From Verrucomicrobiales bacterium (GTDB lineage: Bacteria > Verrucomicrobiota > Verrucomicrobiia > Limisphaerales > UBA1096): a stretch of 56,170 nucleotides of DNA. Made by a program: the position numbers and the translations under genes. Location: the NCBI GenBank assembly GCA_002684915.1, contig NYWG01000003.1, positions 41,965 through 98,134 on the forward strand, given 5' to 3'. Shown in pieces: positions 43,772-54,187 of this stretch. How positions within the stretch are numbered: the stretch's first letter is position 1; each line of letters starts with the position of its first letter. The notes beneath the pieces were generated by a model. That model was not told where the DNA came from. It did no database searches and saw only the letters and a list, made by a program, of their open reading frames with translations.

Positions 43772-46700
43772 TTACTTACCGGGACTCCCTCCCACTTCCG
43801 AACTCGGTTTCCAATTAGTGGGATTATTAGCATTAACTGAAGGTTTGATTATTTGTAATGAGTGACCTTGAAGATCATCAATCATTGGCCATGGTGCTTG
43901 ATTATTATATTTAAATTTTAACACTTCTAATCCTTCAGCATTTTCAAGAGCTAACTTTTCTCCACTATTAGCCAAGCTACCATTATACCATCCGTATACA
44001 TCCAAACGTGGATAACGGCTAATAAAAGCTTCAGGATTACTATCACTTGCTAAAACAATTAATTGCCCAGGATCAAGTTTTGACTGAAGTTTAAAAATAA
44101 AGTTTACACCCTTCATCTTATACCAACTTAAATCAACCTCAGTCTGACTGATGTTCTTCAACTCAATGAACTCGTAATCACTTCCTCCAATAGGATTATA
44201 CATAACCTCATTGAACTTTACCGGAAATCCAAATTTATCCGGACTGAAAGAAGCCTCTGCAAGAGCACTCCATCGTCCATCTATCAGCGTACGCGCCTTA
44301 ACAATTGTATACCGTCTTAAGGCAATCTGATCTTCATATTTTTTTGCATTAGCCCCACTAGGGTCAGTGCTATCAATTGTGTAATAAATCGTACCCGACG
44401 GCGCTGTGATCGCTAGTTTAAATCCGGCCTTAATAATGCCGCCGTGCTGGCTAAAACTGGGAGCATTTAAAGACCGCTGTAAATCGATGCTAGCCATTTG
44501 TTCCATAACAATCTTTCGCCGCTGAGGAATCCAGACCTTCCCAATATATGGTCTCATATCAGGCAAAACATGTTTCATTTCATTTTTAAGCTCCTGGTGA
44601 CGAAGTGCTATATGCTCATCTGTAAACACTCCATCATTAAAGAAGTGCTTTTGAACTCGATCAGCAAAACGAAGCCGAAATTCTGAATTAGCAGAAAAAG
44701 ACTGAAATATGAGCGCAATATCAGCCCGACTAGCAAGTGCTCCTTGAGTAAGATTGTTCGATGTCACAACTCGCCGTTGCCGGCCAAGCATTTGTTTTCC
44801 ATCGGTCCCAAAGGACCTCTCTGCATCCCAAAGATAAAAGCGCCACTTGGCATCCGCACGTCGTTCGCGACCCGCACGCCAATTATTATAAGGCCAATCA
44901 TCCATATCGACGTAAATACAAAGCATAATATAATCGATGAAATTATTGAGATCGATTAACGAAACCGCTTTCTTGTAGTTTCTAGGAATAGTTAGATCGC
45001 GATTGATAGTAAGATTTTTAAAACGGTTCCACTCGATATCGTCACCCTCTCGAATCTCACCAAATTGCGCAATAAGATCCCATTCAGAACCACCACCATG
45101 CCGTGAACGCAAAAAGTTAATATCTATCCTCTCCGTAGGATTGTAATAGGCCTGGCTTTTACCATTAAGTAAAAGGTTCACAAGCATACCTCGGCTAGAA
45201 GCATGCCCAAGATCGCGGTACAATCTTCTACAAAGCTCGTCGCAAATAAACGGATTGATCGAGTCGTTCATACCTGCCCTGAGAACAATATGTTCAAACT
45301 CATCGATTGGCAGTTTAGAAAATAAAGGGTATTTCAAACGGCTCTCTCCATACTTACCGCGAAAATAAAGACGAAATGAATATTTGCTCCACGGCACTGG
45401 CTTATAGGGAGTATGTCTACCTCTAATGAAATCTCCTCCTTGAAGCCTAAATCCACTATCAACTTGAAAACCATCTCTACCATATTGAAATAAAAGTTCA
45501 GATGAAACTGGACGTTCCCAAGCAATGCCTCTCTTATTTGTATTACGCGGATCTATTTCTAGAATTCCAGTTTCTCCCCAAATATTTTTTTTATCCGTAA
45601 CAAGTGAAATAATAGGAAGCGAAGTAACAGCTTTTGAATCCCCCAGAACAAAGGTATGCGTAGCCGATCTGGAAGACCACGAACCCCGTCGAAATGTTGC
45701 AGCTCTAATAATAGTAGTATTGGTAATCGGTATTGGATTACTATACAATTGTCCATTAGTTGATGTTGGTAATGAGTAATCGGTTGTGTAGCGAATTTGG
45801 GCCTGATCTTCTTTTGTACTCAAAATAAGATCAAATGGCTCAATAAACACTCCTCTTTCCCGACTAAACTTAGGCTTGTTCAAAATATTCTTAAAACTGC
45901 CTGTTCCATTAACAGCACCGGGCGTTGGCTTAACGAAATACTCCCATTGATCAGTTCCCGAAAGACCATATGAAATATTACTGCGCTGCTCAGGATACTT
46001 TGGAGAAACTTTATCAATAACCTTTCGAGGTAATTCAGGACTAAAAATCCCTATATACCCACCACTACTCCCAAGCTTAAAATTAGTATGCATCGGTTTA
46101 CCAATAACCCGTCGATTTTTTCCTGATGCAAACACTACTAGAAAACTATTGGGCGCAATACTAATATCAGGAAATATCCACTTTCCAGGGATCTTCTTAT
46201 CATCTGACATTGACCAACCACTTAAATTAACAGCATTACGCCCCGAATTCACCAACTCGATCCAATCAACTGCCTGATTATCCTCATCCCTTATGTTGGA
46301 CTGATTGGAAGCCATGAATTCATTAATTACAACTACTCCAGGCCAATGATTCGGATCTACATTATAAGACCAATCTGAGCTAATAAAAGAATTTGGCTTA
46401 GCTGCTTTATCAATAATACCGATCTTATTTGACCAAGTAATTTTAACCGGACCGCGTTTAATTTTCTTAAATTCAACCTCCCAAGGTCCATCAGCAAAAC
46501 CAATTACACTTTTGGGAACTTGGCCATTAATAAGAATATCATCAGCTTCAAAATTCATCACAGGTTCATTAAAGAATAATCGTATTCGCTTAAGCTCACG
46601 AACAGTCATCCCTGGTCTAGGCAAAATATCAACCAGCTCGGGAGCAATATCATCAACCACGTGATAGCGGGCTAATTCATTAGATTCAGGTATGAATTTA

Positions 46701-47515
46701 TTTGGAGGTCGGCCAAAATCTTCAATCGCTTGTTCTATATCCCAAGACAAAACAAAATCACCATAGTCGGCCTCGGCGAAATTAAATGTCCAAGAAAGAC
46801 CCTCGCCATCGATAGATTGTGGCAATCGTCCGTTTAACTTGAGATTACTAAGATCGATATTTTTAACCGGTTCACTAAACTGCAATTGAACACTGTTTAA
46901 CTTTTGTATCCGACCTGATTCCGGCAAGAAACCACTCAATACTGGTGGCTTATTATCATTAAGTATCCCTATTAGCTCGGCATCGATCAAAAAGTCGCTA
47001 CTTGAAAGACTAAAATTGAATGCTTGAATCGCGATTTTATTAGTGCCGTTTTTCAAAAACGAACCAAGCTCTCCAATCTCAAACTGCTCGAATTTACCAG
47101 ACTCATGCGAATTCGAAGCTAACTTTGAAAGCGGTGTTCTTGGCGGATTCTGCGCAATAAGACGATGACCATTAATCCAAACTATGAAGCCATCATCGAA
47201 GTTGACCAATAAATCGAGTACACTGTATTTACTGACATCCTGAACCTCAAAATTTCTGCAAAGATAAACTACAGAATATAGCCTTGGCATATCGCTCAAC
47301 AATGTACCGGACAGTCCATCACCGTAACGAAATGGAGCATTGCCACTTGGCCAGTCTAAACTACTACAGTCCACAGTCAGCCAATCACCAGATGATTCGT
47401 TGCCCTTAAGATATTTCCAAGTTGAACCTCGCTCCAATAAAACCTCCGCATGACTAAAGGAAAACAGACTAGTCATTTCAAAGAATAAAATAAAAATAGA
47501 ACAAAGCCTGTTCAT
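43772..47515 (-). CDS. Large secreted CotH kinase-like protein with lamin-tail, Ig-like and FN3-associated domains
   Basis: VVINEFMASN..DWIEL.N and FNEVMYNP..EFIELKN (lamin-tail), IRYTTD.S.P, DWPYNNW and WDAE.SFG (CotH). Confidence 0.85.
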   Translation of the reverse strand: MNRLCSIFILFFEMTSLFSFSHAEVLLERGSTWKYLKGNESSGDWLTVDCSSLDWPSGNAPFRYGDGLSGTLLSDMPRLYSVVYLCRNFEVQDVSKYSVLDLLVNFDDGFIVWINGHRLIAQNPPRTPLSKLASNSHESGKFEQFEIGELGSFLKNGTNKIAIQAFNFSLSSSDFLIDAELIGILNDNKPPVLSGFLPESGRIQKLNSVQLQFSEPVKNIDLSNLKLNGRLPQSIDGEGLSWTFNFAEADYGDFVLSWDIEQAIEDFGRPPNKFIPESNELARYHVVDDIAPELVDILPRPGMTVRELKRIRLFFNEPVMNFEADDILINGQVPKSVIGFADGPWEVEFKKIKRGPVKITWSNKIGIIDKAAKPNSFISSDWSYNVDPNHWPGVVVINEFMASNQSNIRDEDNQAVDWIELVNSGRNAVNLSGWSMSDDKKIPGKWIFPDISIAPNSFLVVFASGKNRRVIGKPMHTNFKLGSSGGYIGIFSPELPRKVIDKVSPKYPEQRSNISYGLSGTDQWEYFVKPTPGAVNGTGSFKNILNKPKFSRERGVFIEPFDLILSTKEDQAQIRYTTDYSLPTSTNGQLYSNPIPITNTTIIRAATFRRGSWSSRSATHTFVLGDSKAVTSLPIISLVTDKKNIWGETGILEIDPRNTNKRGIAWERPVSSELLFQYGRDGFQVDSGFRLQGGDFIRGRHTPYKPVPWSKYSFRLYFRGKYGESRLKYPLFSKLPIDEFEHIVLRAGMNDSINPFICDELCRRLYRDLGHASSRGMLVNLLLNGKSQAYYNPTERIDINFLRSRHGGGSEWDLIAQFGEIREGDDIEWNRFKNLTINRDLTIPRNYKKAVSLIDLNNFIDYIMLCIYVDMDDWPYNNWRAGRERRADAKWRFYLWDAERSFGTDGKQMLGRQRRVVTSNNLTQGALASRADIALIFQSFSANSEFRLRFADRVQKHFFNDGVFTDEHIALRHQELKNEMKHVLPDMRPYIGKVWIPQRRKIVMEQMASIDLQRSLNAPSFSQHGGIIKAGFKLAITAPSGTIYYTIDSTDPSGANAKKYEDQIALRRYTIVKARTLIDGRWSALAEASFSPDKFGFPVKFNEVMYNPIGGSDYEFIELKNISQTEVDLSWYKMKGVNFIFKLQSKLDPGQLIVLASDSNPEAFISRYPRLDVYGWYNGSLANSGEKLALENAEGLEVLKFKYNNQAPWPMIDDLQGHSLQIIKPSVNANNPTNWKPSSEVGGSPGK

Positions 47516-47585
47516 TTTAATCAGGTAAAAACGCGAAAAGGTCATTCGATCACCTTCTAAATGAGCAACTGAAATTCAGAGTTAA

Positions 47586-48128
47586 CTAATTAGCAGAAGG
47601 ATTATTAGTAGAAGGAAGATTCACTGGGACTGGAGGCAATGGAAGCTCTAAATTCATCATATTTCGTATAGGCTCATATTTAGTTTCAGGAAGTTTGTCG
47701 GCCCAATCACCACGCTGCAACTCCTCACTCTGTGTCTGTTTAATATTAACTACAAAAAGAACGAATCCAGCGATACTAATAAATACAATCAGTGGCAGCC
47801 AGATGCTCCAATTGAGCCTAGATAGAAAAAGGGTTAACCCATCTAAAAATCCCTTTTTACCTGGAAGTGCGGGATCAGAAGCTAAAGATTTCGTACCACC
47901 CAACTCCTGGTTTAGTTGCACAATAAGCGCGTTATGATCAAGTTTAAGAAACCGACAGTACGTTCGGACAAAACCACGAATAAAAATTGGCGCATCAAAC
48001 TTACTAAAATCGCCTTCTTCGAGTGCAGTAACATGATCAGCACGAATCTTCAATTCGCCACCGACATCCTCCAAAGACTTACCCTGTGATTCACGGGCGT
48101 TCTTTAACTGCTGTCCAACGGATTGCAT
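47586..48128 (-). CDS. RodZ-like helix-turn-helix membrane protein
   Basis: GQQLK.ARE, L.IR....ALEEG, FIRGFVR.Y..FL.LD, one TM helix, short C-terminus. Confidence 0.85.
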   Translation of the reverse strand: MQSVGQQLKNARESQGKSLEDVGGELKIRADHVTALEEGDFSKFDAPIFIRGFVRTYCRFLKLDHNALIVQLNQELGGTKSLASDPALPGKKGFLDGLTLFLSRLNWSIWLPLIVFISIAGFVLFVVNIKQTQSEELQRGDWADKLPETKYEPIRNMMNLELPLPPVPVNLPSTNNPSAN

Positions 48129-48209
48129 CCACACAAGTTCTAACGGGAAAAACGGCTCCAATCAATCCCCTAGAAACGTTTTTAATGTAACGTAAAAATA
48201 AACAAACAA

Positions 48210-49454
48210 TCAGTTTTTCCCTATGGCATAGAGGAATTCCTGCCGTTCATCCCCTGTAAAAGCCACCCGTAAATAAAGCCGATCCCCGCTTACTATAGGA
48301 GATGCGTAAACTTCATTGCCGAGTTGATTGGCTGCAATAAGTTTAAACTCATTGGGATTAGCTTCAAAAACAAAAGTTTTACCGGAGAGATTAGTGCCAT
48401 AAATACGATTCCCAACCATAACTGGGGAAGTATAAAATGTACCACCAAGCCGTTCCTTCCATTGTTCCTCACCAGACTTAGCGTTCCAGCAAATCGCAAA
48501 ACCAGCATCCATTGTAACATAAAGAAAATCATTTCGAATTAGCATTGATGGAACGTAAACACGGGCTGAATTCTTCCAAGCCACGCGCCCTGATCCATCG
48601 GCCACAATGGCAGCAGTATGATTTTTTGGCCAACCTCCACTCACAAATACATGTATTCCGTCCGTCACAAGCGTTGAAACACACTCCTGTGTTGAGCCAG
48701 CCACTTCCCATAATTTTTTCCCCGTCAAGGGATCAAGACTAGTGATTAATTCGCAACCACAAAATACCATCTGCTGTTTACCTGCCGAATCAATGACCAC
48801 AGGGGTAGTGTAATTGGGAATCTTTGGACGATCATGTCGCCAAATTTCACGACCAGTCTTTTTATCTAAACCACAAATAACTCCACCAATTTTCGTGTCA
48901 GCCTTAACCACGACAATGTTACCAAACACCATCGGTGAACTGCCGTATCCTTGGTGAACCTTATATTTACAAATCGGCTGCTGCCAAATCAGTTTACCAT
49001 CAAGGCTCAACGCCGAAGCATACGCCTGTAAACCTATAACAAAGTTAACATATAAACGTTCACCATCATGAATGACAGTTGTGCTAGCATGTGATGCGTG
49101 CTTATTTAGCCCTATTGCAAACTGACCTTCATGCACCTTTGTTTGCCATATTATTTTACCATCCATACTATTTAGACAAACAACTGACTGAAACATTTCA
49201 TCCTCATCCGCCGTAGCAAGATAGATACGATTTCCCACCAGCGTTGGCGTACTATGACCTCGCCCAGGAATAAACGTTTTCCAAACAATATTTTTTGTCT
49301 GACTCCATTTTGTCGGCAAACCATCAACAAGCTTAGCCTGCCCGTCAGAAGTCAAACCTCGCCAATTCGGCCAATCAGTTGGAGTAAACTGGCTTTCCGC
49401 AGACAAGCAGTTAAATAAACAAAATAAAATCAATAGAGAATAAGATCTATACAT
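48210..49454 (-). CDS. PQQ/BamB-like beta-propeller protein
   Basis: Signal peptide, DWPNWRG, GRGHSTP, HQGYGSSP, repeated G...W blades. Confidence 0.88.
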   Translation of the reverse strand: MYRSYSLLILFCLFNCLSAESQFTPTDWPNWRGLTSDGQAKLVDGLPTKWSQTKNIVWKTFIPGRGHSTPTLVGNRIYLATADEDEMFQSVVCLNSMDGKIIWQTKVHEGQFAIGLNKHASHASTTVIHDGERLYVNFVIGLQAYASALSLDGKLIWQQPICKYKVHQGYGSSPMVFGNIVVVKADTKIGGVICGLDKKTGREIWRHDRPKIPNYTTPVVIDSAGKQQMVFCGCELITSLDPLTGKKLWEVAGSTQECVSTLVTDGIHVFVSGGWPKNHTAAIVADGSGRVAWKNSARVYVPSMLIRNDFLYVTMDAGFAICWNAKSGEEQWKERLGGTFYTSPVMVGNRIYGTNLSGKTFVFEANPNEFKLIAANQLGNEVYASPIVSGDRLYLRVAFTGDERQEFLYAIGKN

Positions 49455-49539
49455 GATATGTTGCAGAGCACAGAAATCGTTGCTGAATCAACTTAGGCCG
49501 GCAAGACGAATTACCCAAATTAATAAAAGAGAATATTTC

Positions 49540-51180
49540 TTATTTGAAAAAAACTTCCCCCATTAGCCTTCCAAGCTGAATTACCCCAGCCGCATCAAGA
49601 ACAAGCTTCTTTTTTTGAGGAGGTAAACTGAACGCTTTTAAATGAATTAAGTTTGGGTCGTTTTTTGCTATTTTTTCAAAATCTGCCACAACATCAATAC
49701 GGTTGACACCTTTTTCATCCGTGGGCGACTGTTGACTAACATACCACTTAAGATCTGGCATTCTTAGGTCATCTCTACTTTTAGCAATGATATCCTGAAT
49801 TCGCTCAGCAGCCATTTTTCGGTAGGGATAAAACGACATATCGTTTTCGCTTAAATGATAAAATATACCCGCTAAACTCACTTGATGCCCCTTGGCCTTT
49901 AAGTCACTGACCGTTTCTTCAACAAACCTTATAAAGTCAGGATAAATATGACGAGATTTAGCCATGCTACCTTTAGGGGTCCAGTCGATAATTTGAGAAC
50001 CACTTTGGACAAACTTTCCAATGGCAACATTCGGCACATTATTGCTTACCAGTGATTGAGCAAAACTTAGTTCCGGCCCAAATGTATCATAAAAACCCAC
50101 TTGCCCAAGCGGCTCCCAATCAGTCGATTTCCTGTAACCACCACCAAGATTATATTTGTAGGCGATATTAGAGTTGTCCTTTAAAATATTGCCCTCACCC
50201 AACTTGACGGCATCCTGAATAAAAGCGCGTTCACCTTCCATATTGCGATGTCCAGCAAGAATGAAAAGATTAACTACTTCACCCTTTTTGTAAGGCCAGC
50301 TTTTAAGATTTCGAACTTGATTTTGTTTACGGCCAACCTCACGAAGGTAGGCATCAGCATAATTAATTCCATGTTGCAGTTGACCTAGCGTTCCATAGTG
50401 ATAATGCAACCCGACAGGCTCCCCAACCTCGACTCCAATATGAGACGTTGGAATATACTCTGCCAATAGATCCGTCTTGGTAACTTCTCGCTGCCCTTGA
50501 CTTATAGCGTACATCCGAGGGCGTAAATCCATCCCCCAAATTGTTTTCGTACACAATTCACCAATATAAAATTTTAGTTTCGGCGAGTTCAGATCGCTTC
50601 TCCATTTAGCAATAAAGTTTTTTAAATTATTTCCATAATTAGACATATAATTTTCCTCAAACATATCATTTTCCCCCTGATGCCACATAAAACCTTCGAT
50701 TCGGTAGCGAATACCATTACGATCCAATTCAGCAAGTGAATCACGGATCAATTTAAGAGCTAGCGGATACATTTTAAAACCAATCGGCTGCTCTGGATTC
50801 CAGTCACCACCAAGATGAGTTCCTCCAGCTGCACACTTGATAATTGCAATTGGATCTTTAACGGTTTCCGAAACTTTACGAGCAAAACTCAACTCTGGGC
50901 CAACGATATTATTTACTGGCTGTAAACCTACCCAGCCATTACTAGCGGTCTTATTCTCACGTCCAATTAGATAGGAAAATTTAATGTTTTTTTGAACCTT
51001 CTCAAGGCCAAGAAACGGCGGGAAATTTTTGATATCTTGAACCTTAGAATCAGACCCAACCATGTTAGATTGACCTGCAAAAATAAATACACGGAGAGTG
51101 GTATCCTCTTCTACCGTGTAGCCAATCGGAAGACAGAAAAGCATTAATGAGAAAAAAAGAATAATTGAAATTCTTATCAT
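49540..51180 (-). CDS. Tandem SASA/CE6-like (SGNH) acetylesterase-domain protein
   Basis: Domain 1 has FAGQSNM, GPELSF and WHQGEND. Domain 2 has LAGHRNM, GPELSF and YHLSEND. Confidence 0.85.
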   Translation of the reverse strand: MIRISIILFFSLMLFCLPIGYTVEEDTTLRVFIFAGQSNMVGSDSKVQDIKNFPPFLGLEKVQKNIKFSYLIGRENKTASNGWVGLQPVNNIVGPELSFARKVSETVKDPIAIIKCAAGGTHLGGDWNPEQPIGFKMYPLALKLIRDSLAELDRNGIRYRIEGFMWHQGENDMFEENYMSNYGNNLKNFIAKWRSDLNSPKLKFYIGELCTKTIWGMDLRPRMYAISQGQREVTKTDLLAEYIPTSHIGVEVGEPVGLHYHYGTLGQLQHGINYADAYLREVGRKQNQVRNLKSWPYKKGEVVNLFILAGHRNMEGERAFIQDAVKLGEGNILKDNSNIAYKYNLGGGYRKSTDWEPLGQVGFYDTFGPELSFAQSLVSNNVPNVAIGKFVQSGSQIIDWTPKGSMAKSRHIYPDFIRFVEETVSDLKAKGHQVSLAGIFYHLSENDMSFYPYRKMAAERIQDIIAKSRDDLRMPDLKWYVSQQSPTDEKGVNRIDVVADFEKIAKNDPNLIHLKAFSLPPQKKKLVLDAAGVIQLGRLMGEVFFK

Positions 51181-51273
51181 AAAATATTCAACTTAGAGCA
51201 CAAAAAACTAAAGTACAATAATCTAAAATTTAATTTAACATAACGAAACACTTATCTTGAAATTATAAAATAA

Positions 51274-53409
51274 TCATTTAATGCGAGGTTCAACGCCAAG
51301 AAGGTGACGAACAAAAAAATCCATCCTCCTTCTGGCGGCGTACTTAGACTCTCCTACCCCATGACCCGCACCTGGCACCATTAGAAATTCAAAATCCTTG
51401 TCAGCTTTTATTAGTGCATCAACAACCTGATAAGTAGAAGAAGGATCAACATTGGTATCCAACTCTCCAACTGTTAACAAAAGCTTGCCTTCCAACCGAT
51501 GTGCATTGGTTACATTAGACTGTTCGTCGTAATGAGGCCCAACGGGATAATCCATCCACTGTTCATTCCACCACATTTTATCCATACGATTGTCGTGGCA
51601 ACCGCAGTCGGCGGCTGCGGCTTTATAAAAATCACCATGCCAAAGTAAGGCTGCCATAGCATTTTGCCCTCCAGCTGATCCCCCATAAATACCAACTCTT
51701 GAAATATCCATATATGGGTATTTCTTGGCCGCCTCTCTAATCCACTTCTTTCGATCAGGAAATCCAGCATCGTTGATATTTTTGTAAGCAAAATGTTGAA
51801 ATTCACGTCCCCGGTTTGAAGTGCCTTTACCGTCAATCTGAACTGTAATAAATCCCAATTCAGCCAATTCCTCCCTCCACATTCCATAACGAGATCGCCA
51901 GTTTTTTGGCACAAAAGAGCCATGCGGACCTGCATAAATCACCTCTACAACCGGATAGTTTTTATTAGGGTCAAAATTAATGGGACGACAAATGATGCCA
52001 TGAATATCGAACTTTCCATCTCTATCCTTAGTCACAAAACGCTCTGGTGCATTAAAACCAACGGCAAACAAATCAGCCGCATCTGATTGTTCTAACTCAC
52101 AAAGAAATGATCCATCTTCAGTATTTCGAAGCATATGACGCGGAGGCAAGTCAACTCGTGACCAGGTATCTATAAATACCGTTTTATCGGGGGAAAATCT
52201 TACAGAATGCGTACCGTCTCCTTCGGTCAACTTCAACAATTCGGTCCCATCAAAATTCACCCTATAGTAGTGGTAATAATACGGATCCACACCTGCTTCT
52301 CGACCAGAAGCTTTGAAGATGATCTCCCTTTTCTCTTTGTTAACCTCAACAATCTCTCTTACAACCCACTCGCCCTTTGTAATTTGAGATTTTACTTTTC
52401 CACTACGACCATCATAGAGATAAAGATGATTCCAGCCATCACGTTCAGAGCGCCAGATAATCTCTTCAATACCGTTTAAGTCCTTTCTGTACCCCTTTTG
52501 AAATACATTAACAAAAGTCTTAGCAGTCTCGTCTATCAGCGCACGCGTTTTTCCGGAAGGAATTTGAATTTCAATAACGCGGTGAGCTCCAAAACCACGC
52601 TCAATATGCTCAAAGATAAAAGCACTGGAATCTGGACGCCATATGGGTCTACGAGTTGAAAATGGATCCTTAACTAGTAATGCGTCAGGCGTAAATTGGC
52701 GACTATTCCAGCCTGCTAAAAACACGTGGACAGTCTGGGTAGGCATAGGGTCTCCCGGCTTACTATAACTTCGTTTGAAATGCTTTGGTTGAAGCTGATC
52801 ATCAGGCGCTGAATCTACATAATGAACCTCGCGAGTTTTAACTTCTCTTCGTTTCATGAGAGCAACGTATTTTGAGTCTGGCGACCAAAAAAAAGGCTGC
52901 TGATATGCCTCCTCTTTTACGCCATCTTTTGACAACTGAATATCTGCACCGTCCATGATATCGTGAACAAACAGATTATTATCCTTGATGAAGGCACGCC
53001 AACGACCATCAGGGGAAACCGGCCCACTCTTGCTAACATTGGATTTACTTTCGACTAAAACCCCAATGAGACTATCTCGTTTTTTTTCTAGCTGCTTCTT
53101 AGCCAGCTTAGCTGCCCTTGATTTGCGATGGTTTAAAGCTATATCAAATTTTTCCTTGTCAGAAAACGCACGACGTTTTCCCTTATGACCATTTACAAGC
53201 ACATACTCACGCACCCCGCGAACCTTAGTTTCGTACCAAAAATGGTGCCCTCCAAACCATTGAGGATTAATTGTCTCTTTGTAAACCTTTCCAGAAAAAA
53301 GCTGTCTTATTTTAGCTGAACGCTCGTAATCAGCCTTAGTCCCCTGACTAATCACTGAAACACAAGTAAACACAAATCCAACATATATAATAATTATTCG
53401 ATAAATCAT
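51274..53409 (-). CDS. S9B dipeptidyl peptidase IV-like protein
   Basis: WSPDS, SERDGWNHLY, IYAGP, GGSAGG nucleophile, D.NV, catalytic His in GAGHG. Confidence 0.93.
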   Translation of the reverse strand: MIYRIIIIYVGFVFTCVSVISQGTKADYERSAKIRQLFSGKVYKETINPQWFGGHHFWYETKVRGVREYVLVNGHKGKRRAFSDKEKFDIALNHRKSRAAKLAKKQLEKKRDSLIGVLVESKSNVSKSGPVSPDGRWRAFIKDNNLFVHDIMDGADIQLSKDGVKEEAYQQPFFWSPDSKYVALMKRREVKTREVHYVDSAPDDQLQPKHFKRSYSKPGDPMPTQTVHVFLAGWNSRQFTPDALLVKDPFSTRRPIWRPDSSAFIFEHIERGFGAHRVIEIQIPSGKTRALIDETAKTFVNVFQKGYRKDLNGIEEIIWRSERDGWNHLYLYDGRSGKVKSQITKGEWVVREIVEVNKEKREIIFKASGREAGVDPYYYHYYRVNFDGTELLKLTEGDGTHSVRFSPDKTVFIDTWSRVDLPPRHMLRNTEDGSFLCELEQSDAADLFAVGFNAPERFVTKDRDGKFDIHGIICRPINFDPNKNYPVVEVIYAGPHGSFVPKNWRSRYGMWREELAELGFITVQIDGKGTSNRGREFQHFAYKNINDAGFPDRKKWIREAAKKYPYMDISRVGIYGGSAGGQNAMAALLWHGDFYKAAAADCGCHDNRMDKMWWNEQWMDYPVGPHYDEQSNVTNAHRLEGKLLLTVGELDTNVDPSSTYQVVDALIKADKDFEFLMVPGAGHGVGESKYAARRRMDFFVRHLLGVEPRIK

Positions 53410-53523
53410 TTTTAATGTCACACCAATTAGGCTAAAAACTCCTAGCGCTTGATCAAAGCGAAAACGCATTTTTTAAGCGAATTTCCCTTGGGAAAAACAT
53501 ACAGATGTGCCTAGAATTTGTTT

Positions 53524-54168
53524 ATGAAATATCAATTTTATACCATAGTATTTGCTAGTTTGATGACTAGTTGTGGGGTGAATCATAATATTACAACTGA
53601 ACCAGTCACTACCGATGAAAATTCGATTAAAGCCAACACTGTCACTAAATCCGAAAATGAACAGGCACCTAATAACACCGCAATTCCAGTATCTAAAATT
53701 AAACCTCAGCCCCAATTCGAACCTATTACAAAATCCCAAGATTCAAAAAAAATTGTGAAAACCGATGCAGAATGGAAAGCAATACTAACACCCGCGGAAT
53801 ACCAAATTCTTCGACAAAAGGGAACCGAACGCGCCTTCACTGGCAAGTTTGACAAGCACTATAAAGAAGGAACCTATACTTGTAAGGGCTGTGGAACAGC
53901 ACTATTTGACTCCACCACCAAGTACGATTCCGGCTGTGGATGGCCAGCATTTTTTAAAGCAAAAGAAAACACAATTGCTGAAACAATTGACCGCAGCTAC
54001 GGTATGATTCGCACTGAAATAACCTGTAAAAAATGTGACGGACACTTAGGTCATATATTTGATGACGGACCTAACCCAACCGGGGTCAGATATTGTGTAA
54101 ACTCTGCTTCAATGGGATTTATTCCTGCAGATAAGGATAAACAAGCAAAGCCCGCGCAAAAAAAATAA
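53524..54168 (+). CDS. msrB: Peptide-methionine (R)-S-oxide reductase with lipoprotein signal
   Basis: GTERAF.G, two CxxC motifs, GCGWPAF, HLGHIF.DGP, RYCVNS. LMTSC lipobox-like site followed by a linker. Confidence 0.95.
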   Translation: MKYQFYTIVFASLMTSCGVNHNITTEPVTTDENSIKANTVTKSENEQAPNNTAIPVSKIKPQPQFEPITKSQDSKKIVKTDAEWKAILTPAEYQILRQKGTERAFTGKFDKHYKEGTYTCKGCGTALFDSTTKYDSGCGWPAFFKAKENTIAETIDRSYGMIRTEITCKKCDGHLGHIFDDGPNPTGVRYCVNSASMGFIPADKDKQAKPAQKK

Positions 54169-54187
54169 CTTTCATCTAGTGAAATAA

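Noticed and set aside
39262-49454. Multiple PQQ/BamB-like propellers as one dedicated system
   Set aside because: They are unlinked and divergent, and this family is commonly expanded in PVC genomes.
54085-54105. MsrB as a selenoprotein
   Set aside because: The catalytic residue is encoded by TGT (RYCVNS), with no in-frame TGA.
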